Under the pieces are notes generated by a model. The model saw only the letters and a program-made list of their open reading frames with translations. It ran no database searches and was not told the DNA's origin. This document shows, one piece after another, positions 11,124-20,344 of a DNA stretch of 64,000 nucleotides. The stretch comes from Candidatus Bathyarchaeota archaeon (GTDB lineage Archaea > Thermoproteota > Bathyarchaeia > Bathyarchaeales > Bathycorpusculaceae): assembly GCA_963806535.1 (NCBI GenBank), contig CAWDYC010000003.1, positions 32,001-96,000 of the forward strand, in the 5' to 3' direction. The translations under genes and the position numbers were made by a program. Every line of letters begins with the position of its first letter. Position 1 is the stretch's first letter.

Positions 11124-12098
11124 TTGAGACAAAAGGGCTTCGAAAAACTTTCATTTCTAAAGAGAGGGGTGGAAAGAGACGGAAAAAAAGAGGTAGAGGC
11201 AGTTAAGGGTATAGATCTCACCGTTAGGAAAGGGGAAATCTTCGGTTTTCTCGGTCCAAATGGTGCTGGCAAGTCTACCACACAAAAAATGCTTTCCACA
11301 TTGCTATGTCCAACTGGTGGAGAAGCCAAGGTTCTTGGATATGACTTAGCAAAACAGCAGGAACAGATTAGACAAAACGTTGGATGCGTGAGTCAAGCAG
11401 GCGGAGCAGACCTGGGTTCAACAGGTATTGAGAACCTAGTCCTTCAAGCTCAACTATATGGCGTGGATACTGTGACTGCAAAGAAATACGCAGCCGAATT
11501 CGCGGAGCGTTTCCAGATGACCTCATTCATAGCGAGACCAGCCCAGTCCTATTCTGGTGGTCAAAAACGCCGTTTAGATATTGCGCTTGGAATGATTCAC
11601 CATCCACAACTGCTTCTTCTCGATGAGCCGACAACAGGCCTTGATCCACAAAGTAGAGCATATTTGTGGGGAGAAATAAAAAAACTGAAAGCTGAGGGCG
11701 TTACCATCTTTTTAACCACTCAATACATGGATGAAGCTGACAAACTCTGTGACACAATAGCGATTATAGATAACGGAAAAATTATTGTAACTGGAACTCC
11801 GGCGGAATTAAAAAGCTCCGTTGGCGGCGACACGATTGTTTTTAGTTTTCTATCGGAGGAAACCGCTCGCAATGCTGAAACTTTGTTAACCGAGAAGGTT
11901 AAGGTAGAGAAAATTCAAACTATCAACAATTCAGTCCATCTAACCATTAAAGATGGAGAGAGAATGATGCCTGATCTTTTGCGCTCGCTTGACGCAAAAA
12001 ACTTGGAGGCGCAAAGCGTAACGTTGTCTAGGCCAAGTTTAGATGATGTTTTCCTAAAGTACACAGGCCGTTCACTAAGGGAGGATATAATAAAATGA
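11124..12098 (+). CDS. ABC-2/DrrA-type exporter ATP-binding subunit
   Basis: GPNGAGKST, YSGGQ, LLLDEPT; start codon uncertain. Confidence 0.9.
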   Translation: MRQKGFEKLSFLKRGVERDGKKEVEAVKGIDLTVRKGEIFGFLGPNGAGKSTTQKMLSTLLCPTGGEAKVLGYDLAKQQEQIRQNVGCVSQAGGADLGSTGIENLVLQAQLYGVDTVTAKKYAAEFAERFQMTSFIARPAQSYSGGQKRRLDIALGMIHHPQLLLLDEPTTGLDPQSRAYLWGEIKKLKAEGVTIFLTTQYMDEADKLCDTIAIIDNGKIIVTGTPAELKSSVGGDTIVFSFLSEETARNAETLLTEKVKVEKIQTINNSVHLTIKDGERMMPDLLRSLDAKNLEAQSVTLSRPSLDDVFLKYTGRSLREDIIK

Positions 12099-12857
12099 AA
12101 ATTCTACATGACACAAAATTGATGTTTATTCGCAATATGCAGCATACGCTTCGGAGCCCCGTTTTTGTTTTCGTGAGCATGTTCCAGCCCCTTATGTATT
12201 TGCTCTTGTTTATGCCGCTTCTCAACGGTCTTGGCGGTGTTCCTGGATTGCCATCTGGAAAAACAGTAGATGTTTTCATTCCCGGACTTTTGGTTCTGCA
12301 AGCGCTCTTCGGCACAGCGTTTGTTGGATTCTCACTTATTGATGATATTAGATCTGGAGTTATAGAGCGATTTTTGGTATCTCCAGTGAATCGCTCAGCA
12401 ATTCTTTTAGGCAGGGTTTTGAGGGATGCGTTTGTTCTTCTTGTTCAATGTGTTTTGATTACGTTAGTTGCTATTCCATTTGGACTGAGTGTAAATGTCG
12501 TCGGATTTTTGCTGTCTCTATTGCTATATGCTTTGATCGGAATTACTATGGCATCTATTTCATACGGTTTCGCTCTTATTTACAAAATTGAGGATGCCCT
12601 CGCTCCTACGTTAAACACGATAACTCTTGCCTGTTTCTCTGCTTTCAGGCATTATTCTTCCTCTCGCGCTTGCGCCTATTTGGCTTCAGGATCTAGCAAA
12701 GATTAACCCATTCTCATACGCAGTTGACGCTACTCGCGCATTATTCGCTGGGAATTTTCAAAACTTCGGAATCCTTGAAGGCTTCGTCGTCATCGGCGTG
12801 CTTGCAGTTCTTGTTTTCCTGTGGGGGTTGAGGTCACTTAAGAAAATGGCATCATAA
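12095..12857 (+). CDS. ABC-2 type permease (frameshift near 12630)
   Basis: Six TM segments, INPFSYAVDA motif; two overlapping ORFs. Confidence 0.85.
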
Positions 12858-13004
12858 CTATTGTTTAGTCTGCAAATATTGACGAAAAAATTAGAACTTA
12901 GTCCAGAAACCCAGCACAAAAACACGAAATAGACAAGCCGCTGGAGATCATTTTGTTGTCACATTCATGCAACAACACAGCCTTAACTATCTTGTCGAGA
13001 GTAA

Positions 13005-13274
13005 ATGCGAAACAAAGAGGATCAATATATGATATCTGCAGTATTATTTGTAAATACAGAATTAGGGTCATCTCAAGACGAAATCATTGAAAGTCTAAAA
13101 CTTATTGAGGGAGTAGAAGAGGCACACGCATTATACGGTGTGTATGACTTAATGGTCAAAATCAAAGCTCTAACCCTTGACAAGTTAAAAGATATAATTA
13201 AATTGCATATAAGACAGTTAGCCGGCGTAACCAGCTCACTGACACTTATGATAGTTGACCTCCAAAACAAATAG
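13005..13274 (+). CDS. Stand-alone Lrp/AsnC ligand-binding (RAM) domain protein
   Basis: GVEEAHALYGVYDLMVK...GVTSSLTL; no HTH. Confidence 0.85.
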   Translation: MRNKEDQYMISAVLFVNTELGSSQDEIIESLKLIEGVEEAHALYGVYDLMVKIKALTLDKLKDIIKLHIRQLAGVTSSLTLMIVDLQNK

Positions 13275-13305
13275 GTCCTTTCTTTTTTTAAATTTACTCA
13301 GTTTT

Positions 13306-14019
13306 TTACTGGTGCCCTTTTGTTTCATGATGTGTTGTGTCTCTGTGTCTCTCCATTTCCGAGTGACTTTGGAAGGTTCTTCCGCAGTCTGGACATTGGA
13401 CCTGATTAGGTTCTAAACCTCTCAATGGTGTCTCTTGAGATGAAATACCTGACATTGGTTCCGCGGCTTCTTCAACTACGAGCATTGGCTCAGCTGGCGA
13501 CATAGGTTCTGTTTCCTTCTCAGCGACATGACCCATTTTAGTGTGAGCGTTCAAAGCGTCCATTGTCATGAAACCAATCCCGCATACAGGGCAAGTTAGC
13601 TCCATATTTGGCATAAGCACTTTATCTAAAACATGAATCATGCCGTTGTCTGTAATGAGGTTGTAATTTGTAATGTTTGCATCATTAATTTTCGGGTTCA
13701 CATGAAGATGCCATTTATGGGCGTCAATTTTGAATTCTTGGCCTTGAATTGTTTTGGCCGTATTCATCTTACTGATTTCGTTAATTTCATGTTTTCCAGC
13801 AACTATATGATACATTAGAACTGCCTTTAACTTTGGAACGTCTTTTAGAAGATCGTCAAAAGCTCCTTTTGGGAGTTTGGAAAATGCTTCATCGTTTGGG
13901 GCAAAAACAGTGAATGGCCCAGTACTTCTTATTGTATCAACCAGCTCGGCTGCTTGAATTGCTGAGACTAACATCTTGAAAGTTCCAGCCTCAAGAAAAA
14001 TGCTCATAATATCTTTCAT
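13306..14019 (-). CDS. Fasciclin (FAS1) domain protein with two C2H2 zinc fingers
   Basis: FTVFAPNDEAF, YHIV, NGMIHVLDKVL; CPVC..H..H and CPDC..H..H. Confidence 0.85.
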   Translation of the reverse strand: MKDIMSIFLEAGTFKMLVSAIQAAELVDTIRSTGPFTVFAPNDEAFSKLPKGAFDDLLKDVPKLKAVLMYHIVAGKHEINEISKMNTAKTIQGQEFKIDAHKWHLHVNPKINDANITNYNLITDNGMIHVLDKVLMPNMELTCPVCGIGFMTMDALNAHTKMGHVAEKETEPMSPAEPMLVVEEAAEPMSGISSQETPLRGLEPNQVQCPDCGRTFQSHSEMERHRDTTHHETKGHQ

Positions 14020-14328
14020 TCATTTTTTCCTCCTAACTTAACCATTTCTTATATTCTTCGTCCTGAAAGTAATTGGACGAATATTGTGATGAGGGCTATG
14101 ACAAGCAAAGCCTCACTTAGCCTTAACTTGGCTGAGGCTATTTTAAGATGTGTGACTGTCAATAAACAACTACAACTTCATCAATCTTTTTAATTCCAAA
14201 TCTTAACATAGACGTGATTGTCAAAAAGGCAGTTTTTCTTTTTCGAACCGCGCCTATGATTGAATAGACTTTTATTTATCTTGACATTCATTTTTAATAT
14301 ACTTCTAAGAAGCTGAGGAACAAAAATT

Positions 14329-16470
14329 TTGGTGTCTACCGCTAAACCGGCTGAAAAAAATACATCACCGAATGAACAAGAAGGCAAACTAAAACAATTC
14401 TACTTGCAAACTGACGTTAACCGGGCTAAACTCGGATTAATAATACTAATAGCTCCAATACTTGCCTTGCTTTTGAATGATTTTGAGCTATTTGGAATAT
14501 CCACCCAATTTTACGGTCTTTTGGCTTTAAGGCTGGGGCTTCTGGCTTACACTATAATTCAACTTTGGTATCTAAGTCGCATCAATAATTATCGAGCTTA
14601 CGAAAGATCCATCACTGCATGGGGTTTCGTTTCAGTCGCATCTATCATAGCCGTAAATTTAACTAGACCCGCGAGTTTCATTCCAACACAAATAATTACA
14701 GTAATATTGTATATTTTCATTATTTTGCTGGTTATTCCCAACCGCTTTCGCAACCAACTCTTCTTATCCTTAATTGTAACCCTCGGTGAAGCATCAATAA
14801 TTATTTTCTCCGTAAATTCGCTCACACTGGCCACACTAGTAACTAACCTCTTTAGTCTAACTCTCACATTCGTTATAGGCGCATTAAGTTCTTGGCAATT
14901 GAACAGTGACCGCCACAGAGGATTCCTAGAAATTAATGAACGTAAAAATGCGGAGAATTCACTACAGACTTCATTGAGTCGCCTATACAATATTCTTTCA
15001 AGCATGCATGGAAGCATTTTACTTGTATCAGCTGAAGGTCGAGTGGAATTTGCCAACCAATCATTCTGTGACCAGTTCAGCTTAAAAGAATCTCCAACCG
15101 AACTAAAAAACCTCCCTTCAGAAGAAATGATCGAAAAAATAAAAAACGGCTACATGCATCCTGATCAAGAAGTCAGTCGAATAAGAGAATTAGTGGCGAC
15201 TGGAAAAATTGTAACAGGCGAAGAAGTTGCAATGCAAAGCAACAGAACATTCATTCGAGATTTCATTCCCTTCTCTGCAGATGGATCAGCATTTAGTCGA
15301 TTATGGCATCACTTGGAAATAACTGAACGCAAGAAAGCCGAAGAAGCAGTTAGAGAAAGTGAACAACGTTTGAAGTTCCATGCTGAAAATATTCCTCTTG
15401 CGGTGGTTGAGTGGGACAGCAATTTTGTGGTTACTCGTTGGGCTGGCGATGCCCAGAAAATGTTTGGTTGGAAAGCGGATGAGACAGTTGGTAAGCCAAT
15501 AATGGATCTGCATTTGATTTACGAACCAGACATTCCAATAGTTGAAAAAACAATGGCAAAGCTAACTAGCGGTGAAACTAAAGTTGTTTCTGCAAACCGC
15601 AATGTAACAAAAGATGGCGATGTGATTCATTGTACATGGATTAACTCAGTTTTGCTTGATCCGAGTGGGAAAATGGTTTCAGTTCTTTCATTTGTTGAAG
15701 ATAATACTGCAACGAAAAACGCAGAAAAGGCACTTGAAGAAAATAACCGAAACTTGGAGAAGATTGTTGAAGAACGTACGAAGCAACTTAAAGATACTGA
15801 ACGATTAGCGGCTATCGGCGCCACCGCAGGCATGGTTGGACACGATATTCGTAATCCGCTGCAAGCTATCATCGGCGATATCTATTTAGTTAAATCAGAA
15901 TTAGCTTCAACACCTGAGAGCGATGAGAAAATAAGTGCGTTAGAGAGCCTGCAAGAGATTGAAAAGAACATTGATTATATTAACAAGATTGTGGCTGACT
16001 TGCAAGATTTTGCTAAACCACTTAGGCCTCACGAAGATATAGCAGACTTAAAACTTCTTATTGACAGGTTGCTGGAAAAAAATGGTTTATCCCAGAACAT
16101 AGCGATAAAGGTGGCTGTGGAACCTGACGCTCAAAAGGTTGTGGCTGACGCCGATTTCATAAATCGGATCTTATACAATTTGGTTATTAATGCTTCTCAA
16201 GCTATGCCTGAAGGCGGAAAACTAACCATAAAAACATACAATGAAGCCAGCGACGTTGTTATTTCGGTTAAAGACACAGGTGTAGGTATCCCAGAAAAAG
16301 TTAAAGATAAGTTGTTTACCCCGATGTTTACAACTAAATCCAAGGGGCAAGGCTTCGGCTTAGCCGTTGTAAAACGTATGACGGAAGCGTTAGGCGGGAC
16401 CGTAAACTTTGAGAGCCAAGAGGGGAAAGGAACAACATTCATTATACGTTTACCCCAAAAAAACAATTAA
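14329..16470 (+). CDS. Membrane-bound PAS-domain sensor histidine kinase
   Basis: About 6 TM segments, two PAS domains, GHDIRNPL H-box, N/G1/F/G2 boxes. Confidence 0.92.
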   Translation: MVSTAKPAEKNTSPNEQEGKLKQFYLQTDVNRAKLGLIILIAPILALLLNDFELFGISTQFYGLLALRLGLLAYTIIQLWYLSRINNYRAYERSITAWGFVSVASIIAVNLTRPASFIPTQIITVILYIFIILLVIPNRFRNQLFLSLIVTLGEASIIIFSVNSLTLATLVTNLFSLTLTFVIGALSSWQLNSDRHRGFLEINERKNAENSLQTSLSRLYNILSSMHGSILLVSAEGRVEFANQSFCDQFSLKESPTELKNLPSEEMIEKIKNGYMHPDQEVSRIRELVATGKIVTGEEVAMQSNRTFIRDFIPFSADGSAFSRLWHHLEITERKKAEEAVRESEQRLKFHAENIPLAVVEWDSNFVVTRWAGDAQKMFGWKADETVGKPIMDLHLIYEPDIPIVEKTMAKLTSGETKVVSANRNVTKDGDVIHCTWINSVLLDPSGKMVSVLSFVEDNTATKNAEKALEENNRNLEKIVEERTKQLKDTERLAAIGATAGMVGHDIRNPLQAIIGDIYLVKSELASTPESDEKISALESLQEIEKNIDYINKIVADLQDFAKPLRPHEDIADLKLLIDRLLEKNGLSQNIAIKVAVEPDAQKVVADADFINRILYNLVINASQAMPEGGKLTIKTYNEASDVVISVKDTGVGIPEKVKDKLFTPMFTTKSKGQGFGLAVVKRMTEALGGTVNFESQEGKGTTFIIRLPQKNN

Positions 16471-16579
16471 CAATGCAACAGCGAGACAACTCTTTTTCGA
16501 AATGTCTACCTGCGCAAAGTTCCTGGATAAGCAAACATTAAATTCCTGAAGAAAATAAGGATATTATAGGCGAATTTTT

Positions 16580-17143
16580 ATGAGTGAAAAGAAAAAACCA
16601 GCCGAAGGAGAAGCCGCTTCTAAAAAAACCGAATTATCAGTCACAAAGAAGAAGCCAATTGCTATAAGTAAACCCCAAAAGAAACCAGTCACCTTAGCTA
16701 CACCTACCCCCCAAGACCTCTACGAAGCCTTTGACGACACCTTTGAAAAGTTCAGAAACGATTTTGAAGACCTCCTGTTTCCTTCAACTTGGGCTAACAC
16801 CTTTTCAATAATGCCCGAAACCCGAGTTCCAACCATGGATCTAGAAGACAATGAAAAAGAATATCTCTTAAAGGCGGAGATGCCTGGCTTCAAAAAAGAA
16901 AACATCGAAATCGATGTGCAAGACAACTATGTAGTAATATCTGGTGAGGTAGGTTGGAAATATGACAAGAAGGAACATGAATATCTCTGTAAGGAACGCG
17001 CGTGCAAAACATTCTACAGAACAGTTGACCTGCCTGAGGAAGTAGATGTCAACGGAGTCACCGCCAACCTAAATGATGGTGTACTGGAAATCTGTCTTCC
17101 CAAAAAAACACCAAAACAAAAAAGAAAAATCAAACCAAAATAA
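16580..17143 (+). CDS. Hsp20/alpha-crystallin small heat-shock protein
   Basis: AEMPG..KE.I, F.RTVDLP, A.LNDGVLEI.LPK. Confidence 0.92.
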   Translation: MSEKKKPAEGEAASKKTELSVTKKKPIAISKPQKKPVTLATPTPQDLYEAFDDTFEKFRNDFEDLLFPSTWANTFSIMPETRVPTMDLEDNEKEYLLKAEMPGFKKENIEIDVQDNYVVISGEVGWKYDKKEHEYLCKERACKTFYRTVDLPEEVDVNGVTANLNDGVLEICLPKKTPKQKRKIKPK

Positions 17144-17246
17144 AATAATCATCCTTTTTTCTTTTTATTTGCTAAATCCGTTTTGTTTTGGTTTCTTTAA
17201 TCTTATAAACTTCCAAATGTCTCAAATAGAACACAAGTATAGTTAT

Positions 17247-17274
17247 TTGTGACATAAAAGTCACAATATTTAAG
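17247..17274 (+). promoter_or_regulatory. Palindromic operator TTGTGAC-N6-GTCACAA abutting TATA box TATTTAAG
   Basis: Perfect 7-bp inverted repeat 17247-17266; TATA 17267-17274 is about 27 nt upstream of the structured region. Confidence 0.6.
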
Positions 17275-17300
17275 AGTGTGCCTCCACAATAACATATTTA

Positions 17301-17521
17301 CAGGCTGGGGAGCACGCTTTAAGATGTGCGTTGAGGCACGGAGTGTATCAGTTAAAACAGCTGAAAATTGATATGCGACTAAGACCTTACCTCCACGGGC
17401 TGGCCATAACAAGCGTTTCAGAGAGGCTTTGAGCTGTGTGGTCAAAACGGTGAAAGACCATGCGGCGATAAAGACATTGCCTCATTGGACCGTGGACGCA
17501 TTAAGGCTTAGACTCAGCCTG
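17301..17521 (+). ncRNA. Putative structured ncRNA (~220 nt, pseudoknotted), family not recognised
   Basis: Terminal helix 17301-09/17513-21 plus at least five further helices; G-U pairs work only on +; upstream TATA; no credible ORF. Confidence 0.65.
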
Positions 17522-17684
17522 CTCTCGCTAATTTTATGACGGATTCCCGTAGTCACAATATTAAAATAAGATTTCAATGTAAACTAATTAATTTAAGCAT
17601 GAAATACTCCTATTCCGTCAAAGTATGTGTGAATGATGCAGTTTTGAGGATCAATCGAGTGTTTTTTGAAAGAGGCATAAGTAG

Positions 17685-18044
17685 ATGTCAGAAAAAATAT
17701 CAATAAGAGAAATATTAAAAGCAATTCTAAACGAGATCAAAGGCGTTATTAAAGAATATATGAATGAGGCGGAAACTGCCGTTAAGAAGCGCCTAAAAAA
17801 ACTGATCATTTTCAGCGTAGTTACAACTGTTTTGATCTCGCTGGGGATTTCATTTGCGGGTACTGCTTCGCTGTTCGTACTTGTTGGTTCGTTCTTCTAT
17901 CTTCATCAAACAATGCCCACGTGGGAAGCCTTGTACATTATGGCTATCACCTCAGCCATTATAGCAGCTGCATTGTTCTTTGGGCTCTATATCATAATAA
18001 GAAACCAATTGAGGTCTTCCCAAAAGCCTGGTAACCAAAAATAA
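17685..18044 (+). CDS. Two-TM membrane protein (phage-holin-like/DUF1469-like architecture)
   Basis: Amphipathic N-terminal helix, two TM segments, basic tail. Confidence 0.55.
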   Translation: MSEKISIREILKAILNEIKGVIKEYMNEAETAVKKRLKKLIIFSVVTTVLISLGISFAGTASLFVLVGSFFYLHQTMPTWEALYIMAITSAIIAAALFFGLYIIIRNQLRSSQKPGNQK

Positions 18045-18192
18045 GAGGTCTATTCTGAGATTTTTTGAGAATTAAAATTTGCTAATTTTGAAGAGTAACG
18101 AGGCTAACAAGAACAGATCCTTTCTATTAAAGAAAGGACTAATTTTTTCAAAATTCGTGATTCGGTTACCATTCAAAAAAACAATTCCAGTA

Positions 18193-18456
18193 TTAAGTCC
18201 CGCATTTTGGACCTTTGGGAGCGCTCAATACAATTGAAGTTACTGTGCTCTTAACGCCATTGATCTTCATTATTCTATTTTTCAAGACATCTCTAAACGA
18301 CTCAATATCCGAGGCTGAAACAAGCGTTACGATGTCAAATTCTCCTGTTACTTCGTAGAGTTCTTCCACTGCATCTATCTTGGAGAGGGCTTCAACCACT
18401 TCATCGAAGAGCGATGTCTCCACGAAAACGTTTACAAAAGCGTGTAATTCATGCAT
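18193..18456 (-). CDS. Stand-alone Lrp/AsnC ligand-binding domain protein
   Basis: ELYEVTGEFDIV...GVKSTVTSIVL. Confidence 0.85.
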   Translation of the reverse strand: MHELHAFVNVFVETSLFDEVVEALSKIDAVEELYEVTGEFDIVTLVSASDIESFRDVLKNRIMKINGVKSTVTSIVLSAPKGPKCGT

Positions 18457-18595
18457 CTAATTCACCAGTAATCTGTATTGGTCTCCTTAAATTCTAATGG
18501 CCAATGTGAGTTTTGTATTTTTCTATGCGATTCACAGCCGCGAATTGCAATTTTTACAAAACTCTTATACGGTTGTTTCCAATTCTTTTAAATTG

Positions 18596-19030
18596 ATGCC
18601 AAAAGTAAAAGATTTTATGACAACCAACGTTATCACAATTAATGTTGATAGGAATGTGCTTGAAGCTGCAAAGCTAATGCATCAACAAGATGTAGGAGAC
18701 CTTGTAGTAATGGACGGCGTTGAGGCTAAGGGCATTATAACTGAAAGAGACTTGGTTAGAAGGGTAATGGCGATGAAAAAACCGCTCGATACCAAGGTCT
18801 CTGAAGTGATGTCAAAACCACTAATAACAATCGAGGAAGACACCCCGCTCAGGAATGCCGCAAGACTAATGGTGAAGTACAAAATTAGGCGTCTTCCAGT
18901 TACGAAGGATAGCGTGTTGGTGGGTATAATTGCTACTAATGATTTTGCTAGGCACGTTGGCAAAAAAACCTTTAGTGAAGTAATGCTTGCTGCAATGACA
19001 AGGTATCCATTAGCTGACAACAGCCGATAA
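18596..19030 (+). CDS. CBS-pair domain protein
   Basis: VKDFMT, GIITERDL, IRRLPV; ATG at 18596. Confidence 0.9.
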   Translation: MPKVKDFMTTNVITINVDRNVLEAAKLMHQQDVGDLVVMDGVEAKGIITERDLVRRVMAMKKPLDTKVSEVMSKPLITIEEDTPLRNAARLMVKYKIRRLPVTKDSVLVGIIATNDFARHVGKKTFSEVMLAAMTRYPLADNSR

Positions 19031-19032
19031 AC

Positions 19033-19720
19033 ATTAAATTTAACTCAAGAAAGAGCTCAAATGCGCCTGCTTAACCCTTGACTTATCTTTAGTTTTCTTC
19101 TGATTCTCCGATAACAAACCAAGTTTCTTAAGAAGGGGTACAGACAGTTTTCTGGAGCGTAACCGTGAAAGTGATTATTAAAAAAACCATAAACCACCCT
19201 GACTTTGATAATGGTATCCTGAACTTTAGGTACCCACTTATCTAATTCTTCTTTAGAATAGCGGTAATCAAACCAAAACGTTCTCGCCTCTGCCATACCA
19301 CCGGAAATGAGCAAAATCAGCTGTCAAATGCACCTCAGGAGGAAGCAACGGCTCATCAACGGTCGTGAAGGCAACCTCGTATTTCTTGAGTAAATCCCAA
19401 GTCTCTTGCTTCAACCAAGAAACGTTGCGGAACTCGATCGCATATTTGATCTCGGGGTCAAGCATTCCAAAGAAAGATTCAAGATTCTCCAAATTACAAT
19501 CGCATTTTGGCGGTAAACACGAAGTCGGTTGGCGAATATTTTAGCCAGTCCATAACTGTGCCTTTGGAGGGATTACGGTAGAATGTTGAATCTATCTCGA
19601 CGATTTTGAAGACATGGAAGTAAGCACGAAGCTTGAGTTTCTCTCCTTTTTTGTAGAACGGGCCTTCCCACTCCTAGTAGCTCCAGCGGATGTACCCAAA
19701 TGAATGTTAGAGTCGCTCAT
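19033..19720 (-). pseudogene. DUF72 family protein, decayed
   Basis: VEIDSTFY, YAIEFRNVSW, YGFFNNHFHGYAPEN fragments; in-frame stop, frameshifts and an internal deletion. Confidence 0.75.
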
Positions 19721-20294
19721 TCTTGAACCGGGCAGAGGTCTTTATTTCTTGATCTTTTCCTATGTCCCAAGCTTTGGCAACTTTCTTTCCCAAACTCCAG
19801 TAACTCCGGTCATTCATAACAAACAAGAGCGGTTGTACCTTACCAAAATCTACAGACCCTTCACTCAAAACCTCTTGATCACAGAAAGTAGCAACTATCT
19901 TGCCTACGAAGACGTCATGGTTTGGAAAATCAACTGTTTTTATCAATTCGCATTCCATGTTTACAGTGCACTCTTCGATCATTGGAGCTGTTTTCAGTTT
20001 TCCGTAAAAAGTCTTAAACTGTAGAGCTTTGTCTTCGATTTCTCCTGAAACCAAACCGCAATAGTCAGTTTTCTTGACCATTTTTACTGAGGGAATGTTA
20101 ATGCTGAATGTTCCGTTTTCTTTTATTCCCGCATTTGTGTAATGGTTTTTGTTCATTCCAAGAGAAACCGAGCCTAAATCCATTATGCCCACATGCGCGA
20201 TAGTGATGTAGTTTGGTTTGCCGCTTACTAATGCCCCAACCAAGGTTGTTGGGAGTGGATAGAGACAGTTTTTTGGTCCTATTTCAATTTTCAT
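19707..20294 (-). CDS. Flavin reductase-like (flavoredoxin) protein
   Basis: YPLPTTLVG, DYCGLVSG, MEC, HDVFVG. Confidence 0.85.
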   Translation of the reverse strand: MKIEIGPKNCLYPLPTTLVGALVSGKPNYITIAHVGIMDLGSVSLGMNKNHYTNAGIKENGTFSINIPSVKMVKKTDYCGLVSGEIEDKALQFKTFYGKLKTAPMIEECTVNMECELIKTVDFPNHDVFVGKIVATFCDQEVLSEGSVDFGKVQPLLFVMNDRSYWSLGKKVAKAWDIGKDQEIKTSARFKNERL

Positions 20295-20344
20295 TTTTAG
20301 AACCCGACCTTCAAGGAACTAGTAATATTTGCCATCAATTAAGG

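Noticed and set aside
14106-14139. Alternative hairpins AGCCTCA/TGAGGCT and CTTAGCC/GGCTGAG upstream of the fasciclin gene
   Set aside because: Short and probably straddling the TSS; insufficient evidence for a switch.
17203-17445. 80-aa minus-strand ORF over the structured region
   Set aside because: TTG start, no recognisable motif; the region is better explained as a plus-strand RNA.
17415-17484. Group I intron R/S-like strings (UUCAGAGAGGC, AAGACAUUGCC)
   Set aside because: No canonical P7 GACUA/UAGUC, no P4-P6 elements and no host gene.
17259-17562. 12-bp direct repeat AGTCACAATATT flanking the ncRNA, read as a target-site duplication of a MITE
   Set aside because: Both copies coincide with operator half-site + TATA, and no transposase is present. 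A repeated promoter motif is simpler, though mobility is not excluded.
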